This document shows, in pieces, positions 17,103-24,943 of a stretch of 32,105 nucleotides of DNA. A program made the position numbers and the translations under genes. The stretch is from an uncultured Ruminococcus sp. (GTDB lineage: Bacteria; Bacillota; Clostridia; Oscillospirales; CAG-272), in assembly GCA_964463735.1 (NCBI GenBank), contig CAYXDB010000004.1:1-32105 (forward strand), in the 5' to 3' direction. Position 1 is the stretch's first letter. Each line of letters opens with the position of its first letter. The notes below the pieces were generated by a model, which worked only from the letters and a program-made list of their open reading frames with translations, was not told the DNA's origin and did not search any database.

Positions 17103-17129
17103 GGAGACATAAGACTGTGGGAGGTACCT

Positions 17130-17666
17130 ATGAAAAAACTGGTGATCGTGATCAACGGGCGCGGTGGCGTGGGGAAGGATACTTTGTGTGACCTGGCGGC
17201 CACGCGCTATGCTGTGACCAATCTGTCGTCCATCACACCGATCAAGGAACTGGCCGCGCGTTGCGGCTGGGCAGGGGAGAAGACGGATAAGGCGCGGCGA
17301 TTCCTCTCGGACTTGAAGCGTCTGCTCATCGCCTATAATGATTATCCGACGACCTGGGCGGCCGCGCAATATCGCACTTTCCTTGCGGGGGATGACCAGA
17401 TCCTGTTCATGCATATCCGTGAGCCGGAGGAGATCGATAAGTTCGTCCGTGCCACGCACGGGCAGGCTAAGACCCTGCTCATCCGCGGCGGGCGGCGGGA
17501 TGCCCAGCGCGCCTCTGCCTACGGCAATCCCTCAGACGACGGGGTAGAGGACTATGCCTATGACTATTATTATGTCAATGACGCACCGCTCGACCAGGTG
17601 CGGGAAGAATTCCTTGCATTCTTAGACCGCGTGTACGAAAAGGATAGCGCCGTGCTCACAGAATGA
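17130..17666 (+). CDS. small P-loop kinase-like protein (NMP/dNMP kinase fold), function unknown
   Basis: N-terminal Walker A VINGRGGVGKDT, then FMHIREPEEI and YDYYYVND. GGAGGT RBS before ATG 17130. Confidence 0.7.
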   Translation: MKKLVIVINGRGGVGKDTLCDLAATRYAVTNLSSITPIKELAARCGWAGEKTDKARRFLSDLKRLLIAYNDYPTTWAAAQYRTFLAGDDQILFMHIREPEEIDKFVRATHGQAKTLLIRGGRRDAQRASAYGNPSDDGVEDYAYDYYYVNDAPLDQVREEFLAFLDRVYEKDSAVLTE

Positions 17667-19131
17667 TGCAGATCAAGCCGCCGCTCCCCTCGTTGATGAT
17701 CCGCTCCAGCGTCTGCGACAACTTCTGCCGCGATTCATCCGGCATGTGCGCCAGTTTCGTATGTAATCCCTCGTTGACCAGTTCGTAGAGCGACTTGCCA
17801 AACATGTTGGATTCCCAGATGGCTTTGGGGTTCTCTTCAAATTCCCGGAGCAGATATCGGACCAATTCTTCGGACTGTTGCTCCGTCCCCACGATGGGGG
17901 CGATCTCCGTCTCGATATTGGCGCGTATCATGTGGATGGACTGGGCCGAGGCGCGGAGCTTCACGCCGTAACTGCCGGACTGCCGGATGATCTCCGGCTC
18001 CTGTAAGCGCAGTTCCGCAACATCCGGCATCACGATGCCATAGCCGTTTTCGTTGACCGCTTGCAGGGCATCGGCCACCTTGTCATAGGCGCGTTTCGTC
18101 TCGGCCAGATCCCGCATCAGGGCGATCAGTTCTGCTTCATCCGCAATGTCAAATCCGGTCAGCTCGCTCATGATGCGATAGTACAGCCCGCTCTCCGGGA
18201 CCAGCGTGATCTCGGCCACCCCACGGGCCAGGTCCAGCGCCTCCACCTTCCATGCGCGGATGTGCTCGCTCTTCGCCTCGGTAAAGGCGGCGGCCACCTC
18301 ACCCATCTTGCTGATCTCGTCGCAGATGCATCCCACCTCCTCCAGGCAGGTGCGCCGCAGCCAGTGCCCCGCAGGAAGACTTCGCATCCAGCCGGGGAGC
18401 GTGATGCGCATCTCCGTCACCGGGAACTCCTGCAGGATCTGCTCCATGATATTGCCGATATCTTCGTTGTCCAGTTCCAGACAGTTGATCAGTGCGACCG
18501 GCGCGTTATATTTTTTCTCCAGTTCATAGGCCAGCGCGGTGGCCTCCTCGCGTTCCGGGTGCGCCGCATTGAGCACGATGGCAAAGGGCTTGCCCTGCCG
18601 GGTCAATTCTGCGGCAACGCGTTCTTCCGCCTCTACGTAACTTGCGCGCGGGATATCGCCGATGCTTCCATCCGTTGTGACCAGTATGGCGATCGTGGAA
18701 TGCTCACCGATCACGCGGCGCGTGCCGGTCTCTGCCGCCTCGCGGAAGGGGACCGGTTCCTCCGACCACGGGGTGTGCACCATGCGCACCTGCCCCTCCT
18801 CGCTTTGCCCCAGGGCCTCTTCCACGATGTACCCCACACAGTCGATCATCTTGACCCGCATGTGGGTGTGCTCTCCTAACAGTACGTTGACGGCTTCGTC
18901 CGGGATGAATTTCGGCTCCGTCGTCATCACCGTCTTTCCGGAGCCGGCCTGCGGCAATTCATCGATCGCACGCGTGCGGTCGTATTCGTTTGCGATGTGG
19001 GGGATCACCGCGCTTTCCATAAATCTGCGGATAAAGGTAGATTTCCCGGTGCGCACCGGCCCGACCACGCCTATATAAATGTCACCACCGGTGCGAGATG
19101 CAATGTCCTGGTAGATGGATGTGCTGGCCAT
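17656..19131 (-). CDS. spoIVA: stage IV sporulation protein A
   Basis: IYQDIASRTGGDIYIGVVGPVRTGKSTFI, MTTEPKFIP and C-terminal INEGSGGLICIIL. Confidence 0.98.
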   Translation of the reverse strand: MASTSIYQDIASRTGGDIYIGVVGPVRTGKSTFIRRFMESAVIPHIANEYDRTRAIDELPQAGSGKTVMTTEPKFIPDEAVNVLLGEHTHMRVKMIDCVGYIVEEALGQSEEGQVRMVHTPWSEEPVPFREAAETGTRRVIGEHSTIAILVTTDGSIGDIPRASYVEAEERVAAELTRQGKPFAIVLNAAHPEREEATALAYELEKKYNAPVALINCLELDNEDIGNIMEQILQEFPVTEMRITLPGWMRSLPAGHWLRRTCLEEVGCICDEISKMGEVAAAFTEAKSEHIRAWKVEALDLARGVAEITLVPESGLYYRIMSELTGFDIADEAELIALMRDLAETKRAYDKVADALQAVNENGYGIVMPDVAELRLQEPEIIRQSGSYGVKLRASAQSIHMIRANIETEIAPIVGTEQQSEELVRYLLREFEENPKAIWESNMFGKSLYELVNEGLHTKLAHMPDESRQKLSQTLERIINEGSGGLICIIL

Positions 19132-19163
19132 TTTGGATATCCTCCGACTCTCTTTTTTGCTAT

Positions 19164-19193
19164 ATGCATATGAGCCGGTCGCGGTATTTATGA
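19164..19193 (-). promoter_or_regulatory. sigma-E-like promoter of spoIVA
   Basis: TCATAAA-14 nt-CATATGCAT on the minus strand. spoIVA is sigma-E-controlled in studied spore formers. Confidence 0.6.
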
Positions 19194-20051
19194 CAGTTCC
19201 TGCGCGGCCCTGTCGCCTTTTTGCGCGGCGGGCGCCAGCGCCAGATCGATGGTGTGGCCGAGCAGGTCGGCCAGTTGCCGGATCGCCCGATCCGTTTCGG
19301 TGTGCGTGATGAGCAAGCCATCCCCCCTGTCGTGCATCACGTCTAAAGGCCCATGCTCGGCGCCCGTATAAGGTAGCGCCGTGGGCACCCCGATGCTCAG
19401 AAAAGGACAGCCGAACATCTCTCGCCTAAGGTCCTCCTCCGCCTTTCCTATGCCGGAACCGGGGAAGAGCGCGGCATCCGAGATCTGCACCGTCTGTAAG
19501 AGGTGCGCCCGGTCCTGCGCCATCAGCGCATCCAGCGCGATGACCAGATGGGGGCGGAACTGCGCGGCTACCCCGGCGCAGAGCGCCGTCGTCTTCAGCC
19601 CGCTTTGCGCAGGGACGCCGGGGCAGAAGACCGCCACCGTCGTGCCGCCCGCCCCGTGGCAGGTGGGGTCCTGCGCGGTGGCCTGTACCCGTGCGGCGGC
19701 CAGTGGCCCCAGGGCATCGACCCCACATTGCCGGTTCCCCAGCCCCAAGAGCAGGATGCGCCGGCCGTGCACGGGCACCCGGCGCAGAAGGTGGCGCATC
19801 ACTGTTTGCAATTGGTCGCACAGGCAGTGGGAGAGCGCTTGCCATTCCTGCGCCGTGGCAGACCAGGGCGGTGGAAAGAAGAGGGTCATATAATTGCCGG
19901 GCGGGGAGCCGATCTGCTCTGCCGCACGCGGGGTAAGGCGCAATGTGTGCAGGCGGAATGCCCCGACGGTCTCTTCCCGGTAGCGGCATCCCTGCAAGGG
20001 GGCCTTGCATCGTTCGCGGGCCAGCCCGGTATAGGATAGGGAAGGGTGCAT
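19188..20051 (-). CDS. gpr: germination protease GPR-like endopeptidase (divergent)
   Basis: PGNYMTL, LGLGNRQCGVDALGP, PGVPAQSG, VIALDAL, TVQISDAALFPGSGIG and SIGVPT. AAGGAG RBS before ATG 20051. Confidence 0.78.
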   Translation of the reverse strand: MHPSLSYTGLARERCKAPLQGCRYREETVGAFRLHTLRLTPRAAEQIGSPPGNYMTLFFPPPWSATAQEWQALSHCLCDQLQTVMRHLLRRVPVHGRRILLLGLGNRQCGVDALGPLAAARVQATAQDPTCHGAGGTTVAVFCPGVPAQSGLKTTALCAGVAAQFRPHLVIALDALMAQDRAHLLQTVQISDAALFPGSGIGKAEEDLRREMFGCPFLSIGVPTALPYTGAEHGPLDVMHDRGDGLLITHTETDRAIRQLADLLGHTIDLALAPAAQKGDRAAQELS

Positions 20052-20103
20052 ATGTCTCCTTTCGTTTGGCCAGTGCGGCCACTTCACAGAAAATTTCCAA
20101 TTT

Positions 20104-20231
20104 TGTGCTTTTTGCATCTTGCAAAAAACGGTAAGAATGTGTACAATGCAAAGGGATCGTGGCGGTGCATCCTCACTACCGAACGGGCAAAATGCACAAA
20201 AACGATCCGCACAAACTGTGCACAATGCCGA
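20104..20231. promoter_or_regulatory. four imperfect TGTGCA-N3-TGCACA palindromes (candidate operator array)
   Basis: Copies start at 20104, 20138, 20184 and 20217, upstream of the oppA-like promoter. Confidence 0.5.
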
Positions 20232-20256
20232 AGATGCGCGCAAAGCCCGATTTTCG

Positions 20257-20285
20257 TTGCAATCTCGCGCGGGTTGTGCTATAAT
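20257..20285 (+). promoter_or_regulatory. sigma-A promoter of the oppA-like gene
   Basis: TTGCAA-17 nt-TATAAT with extended TG. Confidence 0.7.
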
Positions 20286-20344
20286 ATATTCTAGAAAATT
20301 TTTGTGATCATAGGCATTTGCAAATGATCCGGGGAGGACATCTG

Positions 20345-22228
20345 ATGATGAAAAAGATATTGGCTCTGCTCCTGGTGCTGACCGTCTGTATCGCGACGGC
20401 ATCGCTCTTTACAGGCTGTGCAGGGGGCGACAGCGAGAAAAAGGACATCGGCGCCGAGATACAGGCCTATTTTGTGGGCGAGGTGTATGACTTCGACCCG
20501 GCGAAGGCCTATACGAATGATGATGCCATGAAGATCATGAGCCTCATTTACGAGCCGCTGTTCAACCTGGATAGTGAAGGGAACTTACAATATGGTTTGG
20601 CTAAGTCCTACCGCTTTTATACGGAGCGCGGGGCATTTATGCTGGACATCGAACTGCGCGAGAGCTATTGGAGTGACGGTGACCCCATCACGGCCGATGA
20701 TGTAGCCTATTCCTGGCAGCGCATTCTGGCACCGGACTTCCCGTGCCAGGCCGCCTCTCTGCTGTATGAGATCAAGAATGCGCGGGACGCTAAATTGAAC
20801 AATAACACCATCTCGGTGGAGAACGCCGGGATCGAGCCGCAGGGCGACACGGTGATCATCACCTTTGAGCAGGAACTGGATGAAGAAGCACAGCAGAACT
20901 TCCTGCGCAATCTGACATCGATCGCGCTGGCACCGGTGGATGGTGACGCCATCGAGCGGAACAGCCGCGAAGATGTGTGGGCAAAGAAAGTGACCTATCT
21001 GGTCACCAGCGGCCCCTTCTGCGTTCGTGCCATGGATTATACCGAGACGAGCAATGCATTGGTCGAGGGGGGCTGTGAGTTCCGCCTGGAGCGCAACAAC
21101 TACTACCGTCGCTCCCAGGAGAGCACCAGTTCGGTGACCAAGTATGTTTCTCCGGCCAAGTTCATGGAATACTGGAACCAGGATCTGGATGATGTATTTG
21201 CTTCCTATATCTCTAACACGATCTTCTACGTGGGGGACATTCCGCTCTCTCAGCGTTCCACCTATCTTGCACAGGCAAAATTGACGAACCTGCTCTCCAC
21301 GTATACCTATGTCCTGGATAACAACGACCCGCTCTTCTCTGATGCGCGCGTGCGGCGTGCCCTGTCTTTGGCACTGGATCGCCAATACCTGGTCGATTCT
21401 GTGACGATGGGGCTGGGCGTACCGGCGACCGGCTTCGTCTCGCACGGTGTATATAACGGTTCTCAGCGCGGCACCTTCAGTGCCGTAACAGCGGCAAGTG
21501 ATGCCGCACTCTCCACCACCGCCAATAAGGATGCCGCTGTCGCCCTGATCCGTGAGGCAGTGGAGGACGGCTACGTAGGCCGTGGCAACATTCGTATCCT
21601 GGTGCGGGATAATGAAGAGGAGATCGCTATCGCAAAGGCCATTACCAAAGCGTGGGACGACCTGTTCACCAGCGCCGGTTGCGCGGTGACCGTCTCCTAT
21701 ACTGCTAAGTCGGGTGAGTCCTTTGAGTTCCGCGAGGATGCGGATAGTGACCCCTACACGCTGTATAAAGATCCGATCCAGGAGGCATACCGCGTGCAGA
21801 ACGTGCAGGATGCCACCACCGATTTTGGCTCCGGTTACAACGTGCTGGCCATCGATTATCAGATGCTCTCCACCGATGCCTTCTCCGTCCTTGCCAGCTT
21901 CACACAGGATATGTCGGGGAACGGTGCCTACATGGGCGTGGGCGTCGTCTACAATCACACGCATCGCTCCGGGTTCCACGATGTGGCCTATGACAGCCTG
22001 ATGGAGGCAGCCTATGACCAGAAGGATATCGACCGCCGCGCGACCATTTTGCACCGTGCAGAAGCGCGGTTGCTGGAGGAGATGCCGGTCATCCCGTTGC
22101 TCTTCAACCAGACGGCTTCTCTGTGTTCTTCGCAGTTGCAGCGCGTGTATACCAACTATTACGGCTATGCCGTTCTGACCCGCGCGGAATTGCGGAATTA
22201 TAAAGACTATTATTTCGACGAGGACTGA
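20345..22228 (+). CDS. ABC transporter substrate-binding lipoprotein, family 5 (OppA-like)
   Basis: Lipobox LFTGC, DFDPA, IYEPLF, WSDGDPITADDVAYSWQR, FSDARVRRALSLALDR and EARLLEEMPVIPL. GGGGAGGA RBS. Confidence 0.88.
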   Translation: MMKKILALLLVLTVCIATASLFTGCAGGDSEKKDIGAEIQAYFVGEVYDFDPAKAYTNDDAMKIMSLIYEPLFNLDSEGNLQYGLAKSYRFYTERGAFMLDIELRESYWSDGDPITADDVAYSWQRILAPDFPCQAASLLYEIKNARDAKLNNNTISVENAGIEPQGDTVIITFEQELDEEAQQNFLRNLTSIALAPVDGDAIERNSREDVWAKKVTYLVTSGPFCVRAMDYTETSNALVEGGCEFRLERNNYYRRSQESTSSVTKYVSPAKFMEYWNQDLDDVFASYISNTIFYVGDIPLSQRSTYLAQAKLTNLLSTYTYVLDNNDPLFSDARVRRALSLALDRQYLVDSVTMGLGVPATGFVSHGVYNGSQRGTFSAVTAASDAALSTTANKDAAVALIREAVEDGYVGRGNIRILVRDNEEEIAIAKAITKAWDDLFTSAGCAVTVSYTAKSGESFEFREDADSDPYTLYKDPIQEAYRVQNVQDATTDFGSGYNVLAIDYQMLSTDAFSVLASFTQDMSGNGAYMGVGVVYNHTHRSGFHDVAYDSLMEAAYDQKDIDRRATILHRAEARLLEEMPVIPLLFNQTASLCSSQLQRVYTNYYGYAVLTRAELRNYKDYYFDED

Positions 22229-22234
22229 TAAGCG

Positions 22235-22275
22235 GAGATGGGGTTGCGGCAATGGCGCGACCCCGTTCTCTCTTT
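22235..22275 (+). terminator. possible weak terminator after the oppA-like gene
   Basis: GAGATGGGGTTGCG...CGCGACCCCGTTCTC hairpin followed by TCTTT. Confidence 0.45.
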
Positions 22276-22297
22276 ACGATAAGAAAGGAGCAGTCAT

Positions 22298-22852
22298 ATG
22301 AAACCGAGGCAGACTGGCATGAGCGACCCGACCGATATCAAAATATTCATCCTCTTCCTGCTGGACAATATCAATTACCCGCTGGATTATACCACCATCC
22401 ATGACATCATGGTGCAGAACGGCTATGTCGGCCAGTTTGACTTTGCGGAGTGCTTCTCCAAGCTCAAAGAATTGGGGCACATTCTGGAAGAAGAGCAGGA
22501 TGGCGAGACCTACTACATGATATCCGACAGTGGGAAGATGGTCGCCTCTGAATTGCAGAGCAATCTATTGCTCTCCATCCGGGAAAAAAGCCTGAAAAGT
22601 GCCATGCGCCTCCTTTCGTTCCAGAAGCGGAAGGCGCATCTGCTCGCCTCCGTCACCGAGCGGGAGGACCACCGGTATGTGGTGCATTGTGAGATCACAG
22701 AGCCGGGCGGCACGCTGTTCCATATGGACCTGTGCGTGCCGTCCCGCCTGCAGGCAGAGGCGATCCGCTCCCGCTTTGAAAAAGAGCCGGAGACCGTCTA
22801 CCGCAGTATGATGTCTGTGATGTCCGGGGACGTGGATTATGCGCTCCTGTGA
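22298..22852 (+). CDS. DUF4364 family protein (winged-helix-like N-terminus)
   Basis: IKIFILFLLDNINYPL...YMISDSGK...VPSRLQAEAIRSRFEKEPETVY pattern recalled for DUF4364. GAAAGGAG RBS. Confidence 0.75.
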   Translation: MKPRQTGMSDPTDIKIFILFLLDNINYPLDYTTIHDIMVQNGYVGQFDFAECFSKLKELGHILEEEQDGETYYMISDSGKMVASELQSNLLLSIREKSLKSAMRLLSFQKRKAHLLASVTEREDHRYVVHCEITEPGGTLFHMDLCVPSRLQAEAIRSRFEKEPETVYRSMMSVMSGDVDYALL

Positions 22853-22904
22853 CGGGAATTTTCGAGAAAAGTAAACTTTTTTCAAAAAAACTTCAAAAAA
22901 ACTA

Positions 22905-22933
22905 TTGACAAGAAAAACTTTCGTTGCTATAAT
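22905..22933 (+). promoter_or_regulatory. strong sigma-A promoter with upstream A-tracts
   Basis: TTGACA-17 nt-TATAAT with extended TG; phased A/T tracts at 22857-22900. Confidence 0.88.
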
Positions 22934-22962
22934 GATAGCATAGGTCATGGTAGAAAGACGAT

Positions 22963-23553
22963 ATGGAACAACAAAGACAGACACAAGTGGCAAATGAGGA
23001 TATGCGCCTGGGCGATCTGCTCAGTGAAGTACGCGCAGGTCACCCTGCCGCTTTCCCACTCCTGCTTGCCCGGTATGACAGGCTGTTGCGTAGCCAGGCG
23101 GCCCGCTTCGGGCGTGACCCGCATGAGGTCGAGGATGCGTATCAGGATGCCTGCATCGCGTTTCACCGCGCGGCGTGCACGTTTCGCGAGGGGAAGAATG
23201 TTACCTTTGGTCTGTATGCCAAGATCTGTATCACGCATGCGCTGATCACCAAGTATCGGCGTGCGCCGGGAGGGGTCTATGCACGTGGGGGAAAAGAGAT
23301 CGATCTTGTCCCGTACGAAGAAGATCGCTTCTTTGCGGAGTTTTCTGACAGAATGGTAGAGCGCGAGAACTTTTTGGAGTTGCTCGGCCGCATACGGGCG
23401 GAGTTGTCGCCCTATGAGCGGCAGGTGTTCGACCTGTATGCAGAAGGAGTTTCTGTGCCGGATATGTCGCGCACGTTGGGGCGGGATGAGAAATCGGTGC
23501 GGAATGCAGTTTCCCGCCTGCTGGCGAAACTGCGCAACAGGCTCCGTCCTTGA
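22963..23553 (+). CDS. sigma-70 family RNA polymerase sigma factor, SigH-like
   Basis: Region 2 EDAYQDACIAFHRAACTF...TFGLYAKICI; region 4 LSPYERQVFDLY..G.S..DMSRTLGRDEKSVRNAVSRL, which resembles SigH KSIDNALQR. Lies near rlmB, as sigH does in Bacillus. Confidence 0.8.
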   Translation: MEQQRQTQVANEDMRLGDLLSEVRAGHPAAFPLLLARYDRLLRSQAARFGRDPHEVEDAYQDACIAFHRAACTFREGKNVTFGLYAKICITHALITKYRRAPGGVYARGGKEIDLVPYEEDRFFAEFSDRMVERENFLELLGRIRAELSPYERQVFDLYAEGVSVPDMSRTLGRDEKSVRNAVSRLLAKLRNRLRP

Positions 23554-23565
23554 TTTTGTTTATAT

Positions 23566-23628
23566 GCCCCAGTAGCTTAAGGGAGAGCGTTGTTATCAAA
23601 GGCGTCGGTTGGAATCCGTCTAAGGGCA
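23566..23628 (+). ncRNA. tRNA-like structure with truncated anticodon arm (pseudo-tRNA or tRNA-mimic leader)
   Basis: GCCCCAG-TA-GCTT-AAGGGA-GAGC-G-TTG-TTAT-CAA-AGGC-GTCGG-TTGGAAT-CCGTC-TAAGGGC-A. Acceptor, D and T arms are in tRNA register; the anticodon arm is only 3 bp; no CCA. Confidence 0.55.
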
Positions 23629-23664
23629 AAAAATCATCTATTTTTTCAAAGCGAGGTAAGGAAG

Positions 23665-23940
23665 ATGTATCAGGACAAGACACTGAAGTGCAAGGATTGC
23701 GGCAACGATTTCGTGTTCACCGCTGGTGAGCAGGAATTCTATGCAGAGAAGGGCTTCCAGAATGAGCCCCAGAGATGCAAGGCATGCCGTGATGCCCGCA
23801 AGAATGGCGCAAAGGGTGCAAGAGAGATGTTCTCTGCTATCTGCGCTGATTGCGGCAAGGAGTGCAAGGTGCCCTTTAATCCGACCGAAGGCAAGGCTGT
23901 GTACTGCAGCGAGTGCTTTGCTCTCAGAAGAGGCAACTGA
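23665..23940 (+). CDS. double zinc-ribbon protein (zf-trcl plus CxxC-x17-CxxC domains)
   Basis: MYQDKTLKCKDCG.DFVFTAGEQEFYAEKGFQNEPQRCKACR and REMFSAICADCGKECKVPFNP...VYCSECF. GAGGT/AAGGA RBS. Confidence 0.92.
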   Translation: MYQDKTLKCKDCGNDFVFTAGEQEFYAEKGFQNEPQRCKACRDARKNGAKGAREMFSAICADCGKECKVPFNPTEGKAVYCSECFALRRGN

Positions 23941-23948
23941 TTCGGAGA

Positions 23949-23983
23949 ACAAAAAGGTGTGCGATATTCGCACACCTTTTTGT
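23949..23983 (+). terminator. intrinsic terminator
   Basis: ACAAAAAGGTGTGCGA-tat-TCGCACACCTTTTTGT followed by T-runs. Confidence 0.88.
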
Positions 23984-24004
23984 TTTCTTTTTTTGCAAGT
24001 GCAC

Positions 24005-24033
24005 TGTACAAATGCGGGGAATTATGGTATAAT
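24005..24033 (+). promoter_or_regulatory. sigma-A promoter of the rlmB operon
   Basis: TGTACA-17 nt-TATAAT with extended TG. Confidence 0.6.
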
Positions 24034-24101
24034 AAACGAAAAGCATCTCATCACATCACAATAGGGTGTCGGCGCCGCACGCAGACATCGGAGGATAACG
24101 T

Positions 24102-24926
24102 ATGGAAAACAGAAGAAGACCGCGCCCCACCCCCACCGCACGCACCCGGCAGGGGGGCGCCTATGAAGAAGAGATACCCAATGAGGGCCTGATCAGCGGG
24201 CGCAATGCCGTCCGCGAATTGTTGCGCGAGGGACGGGATATCGATAAGATCTATCTGGCGCGTGGCGACCGGGAAGGTTCCATCCTTGCACTGATCGGTG
24301 AGGCCTCTGCCCGCGGGATCCCGCTAGTGGAGGTGGAGCGCCGCGTGCTGGATACCATGTGCCAGCATGCACGCCACCAGGGCATCGTGGCCATCGCGGC
24401 AGAGCGGCAGTACGCCACCTTGGACGATGTGCTCGCCTGCGCGGCACAGCGCGGGGAGAAGCCCCTTGTCGTGATAGCGGATGGCATTACCGATCCACAT
24501 AACCTGGGGGCGCTCATCCGCTGTGCGGAATGCGCCGGGGCCCATGGCCTGATCCTGCCCAAGCGTCATTCCGCCGGGCTGACCTCGGTCGTTGCCAAGG
24601 CTTCTGCCGGCGCGATCGAGCATCTCTCCATCGTCAAGGTCACCAATCTTTCTGATACCATCGAACGGTTGAAGGAAAAGGGCTTTTGGATCTATGCGGC
24701 CGATATGGACGGCGCCCCCTATCACAGCACCGACCTCACCGGCGCCGCGGCCATCGTCATGGGGAGCGAAGGGGCCGGCATTTCCCGCCTGGTACGCGAA
24801 AAATGCGATTTCGTGGTCTCTATCCCACTGTATGGCCATATCGATTCTATGAATGTTTCTACGGCCGCCGCCGTCATTTTGTGTGAGGCGGCACGCCAGC
24901 GGCACGTAAGTGCGCCGCATACATAA
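24102..24926 (+). CDS. rlmB: 23S rRNA (guanosine-2251-2'-O)-methyltransferase, SPOUT/TrmH family
   Basis: GRNAVRELL, HQGIVA, DGITDPHNLGALIR, KASAGA, MGSEGAGISRLV and DSMNVSTAAAV. GGAGG RBS. Confidence 0.93.
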   Translation: MENRRRPRPTPTARTRQGGAYEEEIPNEGLISGRNAVRELLREGRDIDKIYLARGDREGSILALIGEASARGIPLVEVERRVLDTMCQHARHQGIVAIAAERQYATLDDVLACAAQRGEKPLVVIADGITDPHNLGALIRCAECAGAHGLILPKRHSAGLTSVVAKASAGAIEHLSIVKVTNLSDTIERLKEKGFWIYAADMDGAPYHSTDLTGAAAIVMGSEGAGISRLVREKCDFVVSIPLYGHIDSMNVSTAAAVILCEAARQRHVSAPHT

Positions 24927-24943
24927 AAAGGGGGTGACTTGCA

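Noticed and set aside
20052-20402. N-terminal extension of the gpr ORF as given in the ORF track (likewise starts at 1295, 5737, 6764, 9490, 17034, 23590)
   Set aside because: These extensions run through promoters or neighbouring genes, while the downstream ATGs have clear RBSs and match where family similarity begins.
20585-22252. 555-aa minus-strand ORF opposite the oppA-like gene
   Set aside because: Shadow ORF with no independent evidence.
23566-23628. Functional decoding tRNA
   Set aside because: No 5-bp stem with 7-nt anticodon loop, C56 is replaced, the acceptor stem has mismatches and there is no CCA. Kept only as a tRNA-like element.
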